A DNA stretch of 64,000 nucleotides from Vitrella brassicaformis CCMP3155. Lineage: Eukaryota > Protista > Chromerida. Location of the stretch: NCBI GenBank assembly GCA_001179505.1, contig CDMY01000113.1, positions 1 to 64,000 on the forward strand. Direction: 5' to 3'. This document shows, piece by piece, positions 1 to 12,529 of the stretch (position 1 is its first letter; each line of letters starts with the position of its first letter). Made by a program: the position numbers and the translations under genes. The notes below the pieces were generated by a model. That model did no database searches. It worked only from the letters and a program-made list of their open reading frames with translations, and was not told where the DNA came from.

Positions 1-1019
1 TGGGTGGTCTGCTGCTGGCTGGTGTGCTGTTGGTGGGTGGGGCTGAGCTTCTTGGCAGCGGCCTTGGCAGCTTTCTTCTGCAAAACGGTACCGCCCAGCA
101 CAGCGCAAAGTATCACGTGTTGGCGTGTCTAGCTAGATGTGCGCATGATGTTGGTACCTTCTGCAGGTGCTCAATGTACTCGTCTTGCCTCACGCAAAAC
201 TTCCGCCCCTCCTGAGTGCCGCGCATGGACTCCATCCACTGGGCGAACTCCTGCAGTGAGGAAACAAACAAATGAATGTCGTCGATGCCCCTGAGCCATT
301 GCGCAATGCTGCATGCGCCTCCCTGCCCTCCTCACCTCAGGGTGGTCCTGCTCGAACCGAAGGACCTTCTTGGTGAAGGCGCGGCGGTCATCGGCATACA
401 CATCGGGCAACTCCTCCTGCACATAATAGCCCGGACTGGGCTGCGGCTTCGGTGCCTCCGTCTGTGGGGGGGAGGGGTGGGGGAAGGCGGTGGTATGGCT
501 GCGGCATGGTGATGGTGGGGCCACACATGGTGGGTGGGGTCCTGTGTGGCCTGCTGCTGCGTGTGCTTCTGCTGCTGGCGGGTGGTGCTGGCAGTGGCAT
601 CCTTGGCGGCCTTGGCGGCCTTCTGCAAAACGGCACAGCACAGCACAGCACAGCGTGTCAGGTGCTGGGTGTGTGGCTGGATGTGCGCCTGATGTTGGTA
701 CCCTCTCATGTCGCTGAAGGTTCTCGAGTTGCGTCACGCCAACGTCCCTCCCCTCCTGACTGCCGCGCAGCGAGCCCATCCACTGGGCGAACTCCTGCAG
801 TGAGAGAACAAAACGAATGAATGTCGTCGATGCCCCTGGTGCCATTGCGCAATGGTGCATGCGCCTCTCTGCCCTCCTCACCTCACGGTGGTCCTTTTTG
901 AACCGAAGGAAGTTCTCCGTGAACGCGAGGCGCTCGTCACTGTATATGTCCGGCACAGCAATTCCCCTATTCAAGAGTGTTTGCCTTATGGCGGCAGCGG
1001 CGGCTGTGCGTGTGGCCAT
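1..1019 (-). CDS. Lineage-specific multi-exon gene (MATRTAAAAA... family) with two copies of a novel two-exon module; runs off the window start
   Basis: ATG at 1019 preceded by a GA-rich tract. Exons read VPDIYSDERLAFTENFLRFKKDHRE / EFAQWMGSLRGSQEGRDV and LPDVYADDRRAFTKKVLRFEQDHPE / EFAQWMESMRGTQEGR with GT-AG introns. It is an inverted paralog of 34220-34860. Confidence 0.6.
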
Positions 1020-1243
1020 CGTCTTTGCTCTCTCTCCTTCTCTTTCTCCTTCTCCTCCACAATTGCGCCCTTCCATGAGCGCATGCAGGCCGGCGTGCCT
1101 TCCATGATGGGCATGCCGCTGCAGATGCGGCGGGTCGTCTCGCTGGACTGCTCGGTGCTCGGACAAGTAACCTTTGGGGCCTTCTTCCTACTGAGAGTCG
1201 ACCCCTTCAGCATCCGCGCGGAGGAATAGAAGAAATCGACGCC

Positions 1244-1270
1244 AAAATATAAAATGAAGGCAGCAATTGG
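1244..1270 (-). repeat. Minus-strand copy of the ~25-nt GATCG..CATTTTATAT motif
   Basis: Reverse complement reads CCAATTGCTGCCTTCATTTTATATTTTGG; about 130 nt around it matches 37450-37590. Confidence 0.85.
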
Positions 1271-1344
1271 TCGCCTAACACAGAGACACAGATACCCACA
1301 TACAGAAACAACATCAGTCACACACATCACATACAGGGTGGGAA

Positions 1345-2820
1345 CATGAACACATGGATGTGTGCGTGCGTTGAGTGTCTCTGTTGTCCTCACCGAGAGG
1401 TAGTGGTCGATGTGGGCGTAGGCCTCTCCCGCTGCGATGCGGGCAGCCAACTCGTGGCTGTTGATGAGGCGGTGGCGGCTACGGCTGCGAATCGAGTCGA
1501 CATCGGCCCAGTAACCCCGCTCCAACGGCACTGTGGGCACCCAGTGGGGATGGAGTGGCCGTCGGCGAGCAGCTCCACACGCTCCTGGAATATCACGCCC
1601 CTCACACGCCCACCCATGGCCGTCAGTGTCTGCAGCCGCCCCGCCACCCCGTTGCCGCGCACCTGCAGGTGGACAGACAACGGCAAGACACATGACACAT
1701 ACGTGTATGTTGCCCAATACATCATGCGTGTGATGGTGTCTTCCTGCTCTCCCCGAGTCCCTTCTCCCTCCCTCACTTCAGCCAGGAACAGGGCGGATGA
1801 GTTTTCGGCGTGGCGGTTGATCCACGTGTGTATGTCGAGGTTGTTCAGGTTCTCGTAGTAGTCCACACTCAGGGGGCTCGCCTGGACCTTGCGGCCGTCG
1901 CCGTGCCTGTAGGCGGCATTGGGGAGCGCTGGGCGCCCGTCCTCCCGTGGTGGTAGCAGCGACTGCAGGTCGTACATGCCGCTTTTGGTGTCAAACCACG
2001 GCCGATACCTCTGGTGCGGGATGGAGCCCTGAGGGAGCTGCTCGAACCACCTCAGGGTACGCAGCGGTGCGCGTCGACTGCCGATGATAAGCCTGTTGCC
2101 GTCGAACACGTGGTCGGGGCGTGTGGGGTCGACGCGGCATGCAGTTGCAGCGCCTCGTACGTAGTCACTGAAACACACAGACACAAAAACAGACATACAC
2201 GAAGGCATACCAGCCATGTCGCGACTATCTGTCTGACTCTATGTCGCTCCTTACGGTCGGGGAGTTGGTGCATGCCCGCAGCAGCAGCAGCCGCAGGGCC
2301 GGCGCCCGGGGAGGGCGGCAGGAAGCCCAACCCCGCCAGGTTGTCCAAGTACACTGTACCGCCCGCTGCTGCCGGTGGCTGCTTGAGCACAATGCGGGCG
2401 TGTGTGGCGAAGGTCTGCCGGGGGCGAGGTGGGGCGGAGTGGCGAAGGACTATCTCGGCATCACGACTGATGGAACACAGAGGCAGCAAGCACGTGGTTT
2501 GTGTCTGTTGGCCTTGCTCGCCCCGTCCTGCTTGCCCTCGGTGAAGGGTGGGTGGTGTTCTCCTAGGTGGCACCGTCCTTGGGCAGCTCGTACTTGGCCG
2601 CTATGTAGGCCGCGACTGCGGCATCGATGGCCAGGTCATGCTCGTCCACCGCCCGCTTCTTCTGCTGCTCGCCACGCCGCCTGTTGATGGCCTCCTCCCT
2701 CTTCTCGTTGGCGGCCTTGAGGGCCATGCAGGCCTCGTACGCATCCTCGACCTCCTGGCGTTTCTGGATTCTGCGGCGGTAGGCCCCGCTGATCTCATGC
2801 AACTGCGAATTGTGATGCAC
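1345..2820 (-). CDS. Uncharacterised multi-exon gene ('gene X'), possibly degenerate; paralog fragment at 43790-44710
   Basis: Protein-like exons RPDHVFDGNRLIIGSRR...SPLSVDYYENLNNLDIHTWINRHAENSSALFLAE | VRGNGVAGRLQTLTAMGGR...GYWADVDSIRSRSRHRLINSHELAARI...HIDHYLS. A frameshift is apparent near 1560. No family recognised. Confidence 0.5.
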
Positions 2821-2866
2821 ATGAACATTGGAAGAGAGGCGGCACGAGAGGAATGCAAAGCGCGTG

Positions 2867-3208
2867 GTGCCTTCCTTCCTCCCCTACCTACCTCGGCCAA
2901 AAGGTCCTCCTCCTTCCTCTGACGCACCAAACATATACAATGCCCTTCTCAGTCTCGCCAAAACAAGATCGTGGTGTGTATACAAATGGACGTGTGCATC
3001 AGACACACCTGGTTCGGTCGTGGGGGTCTTCCCTTGTTCCATGAGCCCACGTCGTCCTGCAGCTAGGCCAAAATATGTTCTCGGTGGCCGCCGGAGCGGC
3101 CAAGTATGCGAAGGAAAAAAAGAGAAGAGAAGAGAAGAGGGGAGACATGAACAAATCTGTCTGAGAGCCTCTTTCACCTACGTACCTGCGGCGCCGCCGG
3201 GGATATCA
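2867..3208 (-). repeat. Inverted paralog of module 46535-46860 (also partly 42065-42310 and 42725-42810)
   Basis: Near-identical reverse complement, e.g. TGATATCCCCGGCGGCGCCGCAGGTACGTAGGTGAAAGAGGCTCTCAGACAG and the EDLLAE exon. Confidence 0.85.
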
Positions 3209-4382
3209 GGCGGACAGTGGGAGGCCAGCGAAGGCAGAAAGAGGCAAGAGAGCATGTGTGGCGCTGCAGATGCGTTCAGCTGCACGAACTTCGCTCAACC
3301 GTTTCCTTCCCAGGCCGTGAATCTGCCCATCTCATCCTCCTAGATAGACCCGACAGACAGACGAACAGTGATAGAGGCGGACAGAAAGGGAGAGCAGCTT
3401 CTGATGTTTCCCGCCCCCCTGCCCCCAACTGAAAGGCGAGCTCAACTTTTTTTCCTCCCCTGTGTGTGCTCGAATCGGTCAGGATACATTTGGCAGTGGC
3501 CTGGACGACCTTCAGCGGCGCATCCGTGATGTCCGTTTTGCCACTACACAGGTCAGTAGTAGACAGACAGATTCTCTCGAGCCGTCAGAGTGATTTGGTG
3601 TCGTTCATGCGTCCGTCAGATTTCCTGTGACGCTGCCTCACAAGCTCTTTCGCTCACAATTGCCGCACACGTGCATCGCCGAGCAGAATGCAGCCATCAA
3701 GCTGTGATTAGCACTCTGCCTGGCTGTTTGTGTGCTCAATGTAGACGCCCCGGCTGGCCAACAAGTGGGACAAAGTGTTCACCTCTCTTCGGCTGCTGAT
3801 GAGTTGCGAGCCATTGAGGATGGTGTTGTGATACCCAAGCATCCACCTGATGTGATCCCCAAGCATGAGGGTATCACGTCCACCTTCCGCATGCAGCACG
3901 TCGGGATGGTGATGGGGCTTGTTCTGTGTTCGTGAGCGGCTTCCGACGTGACGAGACGACGGTGGCCTACCTGGAGCTGAGAGGGGGCGACATTCGCCAT
4001 ACACAACCGAGCGACCGACTGATGCCCTATACTACGAGCCTCTCGTGTAAGGCCCATGTGGCTCCCTGTGCTGCGGCTATTCGACGTCGAGGATGACGTG
4101 ATCGAGTGCTGCTGGCTGGCCTGGCGGCGGAACCGTCTGTCGCTCGTGCCGTCGATCGAGTGGTTTGGCGGCGATGTGATGTGGTGTTGTTGCGTGCAGT
4201 GCATGTACTGGGCGTTCGTGAGTGACTGAAAGGCTTTCTGTGACTCGTCAGCCATCGTCTCTGAACCCCTCAAGCTCATCCATCGCCAAACACATCGCTG
4301 TCGATGGACGTGAGCAGATTCTGTCCGTGCTCGTGTCCATTCACATTGATCAGTATACACAATTGAGCACCGAATCAATCCA

Positions 4383-7300
4383 CTAGCTCATCATGAACTT
4401 GTTCTTCCCTCTCTTGGCACCATCCTTCCCTCCCTGTCCCTTCTTCCTCAACCTGTCCATGAGCTCTCTCTTCTGCCGGTCCGATGCACCGCCTCTCTGA
4501 GGTGTCGTTGGCCAGTCGTCACCCCTGGCATCGCTGTCACTGTCGCCCTCGTCTTCATGGCCAGCAGCTTTTGTCGCCTCGAGCATTTTCTGCTCCTTCT
4601 TGCGCTTCTTTAGGGCGCGTTTGGATGTGCCCTCAATGAACGACAGCACTGACGTGAGCGACGCGTCCTGTGCAGACACACAGCAATAGGAGGGCCTGGC
4701 TACTGATGCAGATTTAGTTTGTGTGCTGGCTGCCTGACCTTGTCCTTGGCTTGCTCGGGTTCTTCAGCTGGCTGCACAGCGCAGCCCTCATCGTCTCTTG
4801 ACTTGTTCCTACGCTTTCGGGATTTGCGTTCCGCTGAGGCATAGCATGACAGGCGGAAAAGCGACAGAAAAGTGTGATTGCCATCACCAAGTGTGTCGTC
4901 ATTGCTTACCGTGGCTGAAGAGCTTGTCCAGCGCCCGTGACTCCCTGTGCAGCCACAGACGACACGCAGACAGACAGCGGCGGATACATCATCGATTTGC
5001 ATGTTGGCTGCATATTCTTTTCTCTCACTCTGTGGGCTCTTGTTCAGACGGTGCTGAGATATCTTGGCTCATCTGCTGCCGGCCCTTGTCTTTGCCCTTC
5101 CGCCTGTCCTTGGCCCTCTTGTCCTTCCCGCCGCCAGCACCACCGACGCTGGCAGTGCTGATAGCCTCTGTGGTGCCCTCGTCTTCGTCCTTAATGGGTG
5201 CCGCCTCGAGCAGCAGAGACGCAACAGGGTCCTGAACACAAGAATGCGCATCGATCGATCATGTATGCGAGGGCGTCTGGTCGCAAGTACCTGCTTGAGC
5301 TGTGCGACCTCTTCGTCTTCGTCGACATTGCCAGCGGCGCTTCGAGATGTGTTGCGCCGTTCCTCGTCCTCGCGAGCAGCAAGGATGTCTTGGAAGAGGG
5401 CCTGACCATACATGGAGGTAGACAGAGAATATGCAGTTGCTGGTTGTTGTGGTGGCTGTGCCGTTTGTCACTCGTGTACCCTTGCTTTGCTCTTCTTCTC
5501 CTGTCGCGCCTCCCTGCGTGCAGGCAGTGCATCACGCAGACAGACAGATGGATTCATCACTGCGAGGGAGGGGTCTCTGGGGTTCGCTTCTCATTTACCA
5601 TTCTTCCTTGCTCTTTTTGTAGCGGGGCAACTCGCAACGCCGATACACGGCGTAGTTGGCCGCCTGACGACATATACAAACACGTGGATGCGGCTGCAGC
5701 GTTTGTGTGTGTGGACCGCACGCAAACTGACCTTGAGCTCCTCTTCTATTTCCAGCAGCTCACCAACCAGCGCCGTCTTTGCCTCAGGCTGAACACACGC
5801 ACATGGACACAGCGCAGGTGTGTGTTTGTGGTGGCCAGCCACTGCATACCGATGCTGCCCTGTACAGGGCCGTCACGGCAAAGCTCCCGTTCGGATGAAG
5901 AGCCATTTCACGATAGTGACCTGACCCAGCCACAAACACACACACACACACACACACTCTTAGACACATACATACAGGTGGGTAGATGGACATCATTCAT
6001 ACCGGTGAATGTACGGACGAGTTTGTTGAGCAGACTCGATGACAGGGGCGTGGAAGGGTCCTGAAGAGGAGATAGACAGGCAAGCACACAGGTGTGCCAC
6101 CACACTGCCCCCGCCCCGGCAGCGCTAGGCCCACCCCACCGTGATGGCTTCGATCACCCGACACCCCTGCGCATGCTTGGCCAGAGCCAGCAGCGGAAAC
6201 GCCGACTGCTGCGAGTGCGAGGGCCCCTGCCCGCCACTGGCGGCCGCCTGTTCACTCTTCCCGGGCCCTGCTGTAGCCAAGAAGCTCCTGAAGCCGGCTG
6301 TGAGTGGGTGTATGGTGGTGGCGGGGAAGTGCAGCAGGCAGATGGCGAGGGAACATCCCACAGCCTCGAAGCGCAGTCGGGTGGGTGCTGCCGGCTGCTG
6401 TTCCTGTTGCTGCTGCTGCTGCTGCTGAGAGGCCACGTCCGATGCTGAGTGTGGTGTGAGTGTGAGGAGGGACTGCCACGCTGCCGGGGCGGCAGACGGG
6501 GCCGACAGGTTGAGGGCGTCAAAGATGCCCTGACAGAGAGAGAGAAAGGCACGCCTGCGAATAGCCAGTGGCGCGGAGACTGTTCAGTTCTGACCTTAGC
6601 GCATGTCTTGAATCCAGCGTGCAGTCTTCTGCACGCCTCAGCGCATCGCCACATGACGCCTGTCTTGCCACTCGCAAGGGCAACACCGAAGTCAATCTCT
6701 ACAGGTATACCACACCCAAAGCCACAAATGCACGCCAGCCATCTTCGTAAATGCACGCCAGCCATCTTCGTATCAGTGAGTGGATTTGTTTATGGGGCCC
6801 GTACCTTGCAGCAGGAGACCAAATAGCGACTCTGACAGCTGCGAACAGCCCAGCAGCTTCTGGATGACGAAGTTGCCGAGACCATCTACAGACACACACG
6901 GACACCCGCAATCTGTGCGCTGAGCGCTGCGTTTGTGTGTCTGACCCTGCGCCAGTGCATTGATCCGCCCCCTGAAGTAGTGGGTGAAGATAAAAGAAAA
7001 CTGAGCCTGAGACCGAGAGGGAGAGAAGGTCGGCCGGCCGTGAGAGGATGGATGATGCGTACTGATGATGCTGTCTCGAGGACGGTCTCCATGACGGCAC
7101 TGCCGACGGGTGACCGAATCAACTCGTCTGAGAAAAGATAAGGGCAAAGGAAGCATCAACGTCCTTTCGCTCTCTGTGGCGGTGTGTGTCTCTGATCGCC
7201 TTGCAGCCCTACCTGCAATATCCCACAGCAGCTGCGGCCCTTCAGCTCCACCTTCCGTCTTGACGGCAGCCTTCTTGCCTTCCTTCTGTACCCATTGAAC

Positions 7301-8684
7301 ACACAGCCGTGTGTCAACCCACATGTGGCTGGGATCCTTCTCACCAGATGCTGCTTAGTCGCGGGAAGGGCCAGCATTGTGTCCGCCACGGCAGCGACGT
7401 CTTGGTCTCTCTGCTGGTCCCTCTGCACCCGCATGACCAGAATCAGGACGGGCGCGCAGTAGGGGTCGAGACACACGTCATACACGTCCTCCCTCAGGGC
7501 GTCCAGCAGGCAGCTCTCCAGGTGTTTGGCGAACAGGGGGAAGTACTCCGGGAGATGGGATGTCCGCGAGAGAGCCGAGAGATCCTCCATGTCCTTCCTC
7601 TTGCCGGCCTTGGTCGTGCCTGCATCAGGGAGGGAACAAGGATTCTGTGTGGGTCGCATGGTGTCGGCGGGTGGCTGGCTCACCTGTGTTTGCATCGTCG
7701 GTCTTTCGTTGGTATCCGTTGAGCGCGAGTGTGAGCGATCGGACCACGTGTGTGGCGCATGGGTCGCACATGAGGGACACCCACTGCCGAGTCGTGGTCA
7801 GCCCTCCACTGCCCTCATCCACATTGCCCAGCCGCAGCTCCTCCGTGTCCTCACCCCTGCACCACACAACCAGCACACACACAGACGCACATCTACTCTT
7901 GCGTCTGATGGAAGGGTGCGCTGTCTTCTCACCCGAGGCCCTTGACGAACACATACAGCGCATTCTCCAGCCTGACCCTCTCCCTCTCAAGCGCCAGCCG
8001 TACTCCTTCACTGAGATTGCCGCCCTCGCTCTCCCCCATTTGCTCGTAAAGATGCGGCACCGCACCAATCAGCGTCTGCAGCACGTGCGAGGCGTAGGCA
8101 TTGCTGGCGATGGATGACGCATTGGCCGCGAAACGGTCGAAGAGGGCAGCCACCGACCCCTGGTTGGACGCCTCTTCCTGCCGCTCGTCGTCTTCGCCCT
8201 GTGGTTGCATCTCTTGGTCCTCCGTTTGGTTGGCGGGGAGGGCGATGAGTGTCCGGATGACCTTTTCGAGGATCTTGCTGCACCGCTGATCCATCGCCGC
8301 TTGCCAATCCTGAAGGAGAGAGGGGAGATTCACACCACCACCGTACGGACAAAATGAGTGATCAGGTTTAAGGCCCTCCTCCCATGTGCTGACCTTTTCC
8401 ACGACTTCCGATAGCACTTGTGTGAGGAACACTCGCCGCTCGGCGTCGTTGGGGAAGTCATCTTCATCAATCACCTTCTGCAGGTTCCTGAAATACTCCA
8501 CCACCTGCGCCTGGTGCTCCTGGTAGCGACTTGCATCTCGCCTCTTCTTGTGTTGGCCATGCCTCCGTCCGCCTCCCCTGTCGCCTCTTGTGCCCTCCCT
8601 CGCCACTCCTCTGCCCCTTCCCCTTCCCCGTCCTCGTGACCCACGACCGCCTCTGCCGCGCTCTCTGATGCCGCCTCTGACCAT
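4383..8684 (-). CDS. NOP9: Nucleolar protein 9 (Pumilio/PUF-repeat 18S rRNA processing factor), multi-exon
   Basis: RG-rich N-terminus, VEYFRNLQKVIDEDDFPNDAERRVFLTQVLSEV, DQRCSKILEKVI, SNAYASHVLQTL, GLGNFVIQKLL, LLALAKHAQGCRVIEAI, MALHPNGSFAVTALY and a basic C-terminal tail ending at TAG 4383. These are PUF-type repeats typical of Nop9. Confidence 0.85.
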
Positions 8685-8935
8685 GAATGAGATCGGAATC
8701 AGACAAAGCGAGCAGGCTGCATGAGGTTGATAGATCCTTCGCGCTTTTGACTTTTCTTTCTGTTGCAGCTAAGCTCGCATACGGTGGATCGCCGCCGGGA
8801 TAACGTCCGTGGAAGGAGGTGTTTGCGGCGTGATTGTGGCCGCATGCGATGGCATCTGTCGACGAAAACACGAAAATCGCCGAAGAAACAACAACAGGCT
8901 CTCTTGAGTGATGCCTGAGGAGGCGGCCTTTTACC

Positions 8936-9791
8936 ATGAGCCTCGCTACCTCTGCCCTGCTTCTATTTGGTGCTTTCGGGAAATGTGTGTGCTCATCACA
9001 TCGGCCGATCTATGTGGCCCTGGACAAGCAAGATCCTGCTGCTGCTCATGAGGTGCTGCTGGAAACCATCAAGTGAGAAAGATATCCACAGAGAGAGGCC
9101 GGCAGTGCATGCAGCACCTTCGGATGGCCTATCTTCGTCTTCAGGCTGTTTGGTCGCCTTGCTGAACACACCACACCTGACTCCAAACGGAGAGGCTTCG
9201 GCAGCCGGATAGGGCGACAAGTGAGCTGTCCAAGGTCTTTTACTGGACTCCTGCACATTGTATTGTGCGTATGTGTCTGTCTGTCAGATGCGGTCACTGA
9301 TCCAACAGGAAAATGGCGACGACCAAGGCGGAGAGGAGCCCTACGCAACGGGCATTCAGTGGGAGAGCAGGGAACTCATCACACGAAGGACGATCAAGTG
9401 GATGGTGCGCACCTACACGCGCACACAAATGCAGGCGAACGCAGCCCCCTCTTTCCCTGATTGATGGTGTGGTGTCGATCGCATCAATCAGGGAAACATG
9501 GACATAGAATTCTGGCGGCGGCACGACGCGAGGTGGGAGCAGCTCTTCGACAAGTCCCCAACACTCACCAGACACGAACTCGCCGTCAGTGTCAGCAAGT
9601 GGGCTCAGGCGATATTTTATGGATGGACGTATATGGCCACCCATCCGCGTGTTCTCTGTGTGCACACGCCCAGGTTGCCATTTCGGTGGCCTCTGCGTGG
9701 GAATGGAGAGATGGTCGGCCCAACTCTTTATGGCCACATCGCTGGCTCCTCTGCCCTCTGGCTACGAAGGGGGTCAGCTCGAAACACATAA
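8936..9791 (+). CDS. Hypothetical multi-exon protein, divergent from NOP9
   Basis: ATG at 8936 and protein-like segments (IQWESRELITRRTIKWMVRTY; DIEFWRRHDARWEQLFDKSPTLTRHELAVSVSKWAQAIFYGW). No family recognised; exon structure uncertain. Confidence 0.35.
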
Positions 9792-10079
9792 CGCACCTCA
9801 GCCACGCATGTAATCGACCGTCTTCTTTTTGTTGATGCAGGTCTGCCCATCTAGACGAGCTGAGGAGAGGCGTGAATCGTGCCGTCGGTGCCGATCCCGT
9901 CAGAGACTATGCCCTCGAGGCACGTACGTACGTGACCACCCACCGACACCTGACATAGAAGACCTGCCTGTGTTCCTTTCCCCTCTCGCGCAGTCTTTTC
10001 CGCCATTTCGTGTGAGGATACGTCCCCTCAGCTCACGCGAGGCAACCGCATCATCAGCAAGGGCATTTTTCGCCGCGTC

Positions 10080-10852
10080 ATGAAGAAATGGGCAGAGTCA
10101 TCCTCTCCCCAATCGATCACGTCCCCGTCGCAATCCGAAGACGAGGCGGCCTCATGTGTGGATTTCGACACGTTCTGCTCCCACCTCATGCGGCACATGC
10201 CGTCATATAGCCAACAGCGGCAACCTCCACAGAGCTCCGCTTCATCCGACGACACGTCACAAACACGCCAGGATGCGGGCCGACCTGAAGGGGAGGGCCA
10301 GCAAGAAAAGGCGGACAACAGCTCGGCCCCTTCATCTTTCTTCAGCGCCCCGAATGACCCTAGGAGGAATGCGTCATCGGTGCCCAAGGAGGAGCTGACG
10401 CCCATGGCTAGGCCGCACAGGTGAGGATGGCCTTCGTACGTGTGACGCAAATGCCGTCGAATGGCAATCCGTGCATGCCGTCTCATGCCTGCCTGCAGTC
10501 GGGCAGGTTTGTGGGGTCGATGGTTCCGCAGACGTGAGAGAGAGGGACAGGGTCAAGCAGCGAGGCAGCCGCCATCGTCCCTGGAGAGGCTGATGCAGGT
10601 CCTTGCTGTCAAGCGGATCGACCAACAACCACGGCGGATGCACCACGTGCCTGTCGTTCCTCGGTGGAAGACGTGCCAGCCTGCATCGGTCTCTGTGGCG
10701 TCGAAAGGGATGATTGTGAGGCCTGCTGCTGTCAGTTTCTTGCGTATGAGACAGAAGAGATAAGGCGGTGGGACGGGGCATTCATTTGTAGGTGTTGTGA
10801 TCTAGCTATGGAGGTGGATGATTGTAGGGACGGCGAGAGCATTTATGTATGA
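10080..10852 (+). CDS. Hypothetical protein, Ser-rich N-terminus and Cys-rich C-terminus
   Basis: ORF 10080-10424, a probable intron, then ...CIGLCGVERDDCEACCCQFLAYETEEIRRWDGAFICRCCDL. Confidence 0.35.
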
Positions 10853-10992
10853 ATTCATGGACCGTGAGTCAGTCGGGTGGACGACTGTGGTGACAGCCAA
10901 GGCAACACATACTAAACCCCATGTGTGTCATCTGTCATATGCACACTGTACAAGTACCTACCGACGGACACCCCGACCTCTCATACACATAG

Positions 10993-12108
10993 TCACTCGT
11001 CATGCAGCTCCAGAAAGTGCAACAGCTCCCTCTCACTCTTCGGCAATAATGGCAGGCCCAGCGAGCCATCACAGCGCATAAGATCCCCGGCCAGCTCGAG
11101 CGCACCGACATTCTCCGTCCTCTGTTCCTCCCTCGCCTTGAGCAGCTCCGCCCCATCACTGCCCACCGGCCTACTTGACGCAACGTCCACCTGAGCGTCA
11201 ACAAAGCGACCACTCTCCAGCATCTCCCGTACAGTCGCGTCGGGTAGCCTTCCACACTCTTGCAAAGCACCGGCGAACATGTCGGCACGACCCGCTCGTC
11301 CTGGATCCGTCACAATGACTCTCATCCGTTTCGACAGCGCCTCAGCCACCCTCCTGCCCACGTGACGGGCTACTTTCTGGTCGTATAGCACATCGGCGGC
11401 GACCAGAACATCAGCATCGGGAAGTGGATAGGAGGCCGTGACGTCGAACAGCATCACGTCGAGAGTGCCTTGCCCCTCGTGTGTCGGCTGCAGCTCGGCC
11501 GCTCGTCTAATCAGGTCCAAACCGGGCGGGAAGATGTCGGTCGCCATAGCATCAGCTCCCATCCTCATCGCCGCCAGCGAGGCGATTCCTGTCCCCGACC
11601 CCAGCTCGAGCACTCGCAGGCCATGCAGCCCTCCTGCCCTGCCTCTTCCCATTTGATAAAGGATGCGCGCGGCGATGAGTCCGGATGGCCACACAGTGGA
11701 GCCGTAGATGTCCGAGATGCTGAATGCTTCTGCATAGGTGACCAAGTGGTCCAGATCAGCCATCTCGAGCACGGGCACGATGAGAGCAGGATGAACAGTG
11801 ATGTTGACGACAGAGGCGGCCGGGGCGGCATCAGCTCGATGTGGCATTGACATTGTGCCGCTTGCACGCAACGAGGCGCGCCGAGAGCGTCCGCTTTGGA
11901 GGGGAGGAGAGGCGATGAGTGACGCACTTGGATAAGCAATGACGTAGACCTCCACAGTCAGCATCCACAAGCTCACCATGCGCATCGTTGTTGCAGATCC
12001 TGCACAGCAGGAGCGCACCGGATCAGATAGATTCACGTAGATGCCCACAAAGAGCTTCGAAAAGGTCATCGTGTGTGCATCATTGCATGGATCTTGAGCT
12101 CGCTGCAA
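10993..12108 (-). CDS. Class I SAM-dependent methyltransferase, family-16 / METTL21-like protein-lysine methyltransferase type; apparently single exon, true start probably internal
   Basis: YGSTVWPSGLIAARIL, motif I LRVLELGSGTGIASL, post-I AMATD and motif II DVLVAADVLYD are characteristic of this family. Confidence 0.85.
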   Translation of the reverse strand: MQRAQDPCNDAHTMTFSKLFVGIYVNLSDPVRSCCAGSATTMRMVSLWMLTVEVYVIAYPSASLIASPPLQSGRSRRASLRASGTMSMPHRADAAPAASVVNITVHPALIVPVLEMADLDHLVTYAEAFSISDIYGSTVWPSGLIAARILYQMGRGRAGGLHGLRVLELGSGTGIASLAAMRMGADAMATDIFPPGLDLIRRAAELQPTHEGQGTLDVMLFDVTASYPLPDADVLVAADVLYDQKVARHVGRRVAEALSKRMRVIVTDPGRAGRADMFAGALQECGRLPDATVREMLESGRFVDAQVDVASSRPVGSDGAELLKAREEQRTENVGALELAGDLMRCDGSLGLPLLPKSERELLHFLELHDE

Positions 12109-12529
12109 TAGCTTGCGCCAGAACCCTTCACTGTCAAATGTCTGACTGCATCTATGTTCAACCCTCTGTTGCCTGGGCCTGCCGCCTGCCTGAGAGGGGA
12201 ATCGCGCATGTTCGCCATACCGCTGTCAGCGCACCGATGTGGTAACCATTCGCGCTCCCTCACCGAAGCGGAACTGCCAGCCAGCCACTCGCGCTACACA
12301 TTGATGTGCCTCTAGACTCACAAAACTCACTTGGGCAAGCCAACCAATCAGAGGAGAGAGAGAGAGAGGCAGGCGAATTTCTCGCACCACGTATCAACAT
12401 GCAGCCAGGCAGCTGTCCCTCCTTTTCCATGAGCTACAATACAACAAAACTACCGCCCGTCAGGAGAAAACATCATGATATAAAAGGCCACCCCACCACA
12501 CGCAGTCTACCGAAGTACTCACCAATAAG

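Noticed and set aside
3480-4380. Possible small minus-strand gene between NOP9 and the inverted outlier
   Set aside because: Some segments look protein-like, but I could not build a consistent spliced frame or recognise any family.
6726-6771. 23-bp tandem duplication
   Set aside because: It lies in a NOP9 intron, occurs once, and has no apparent significance.
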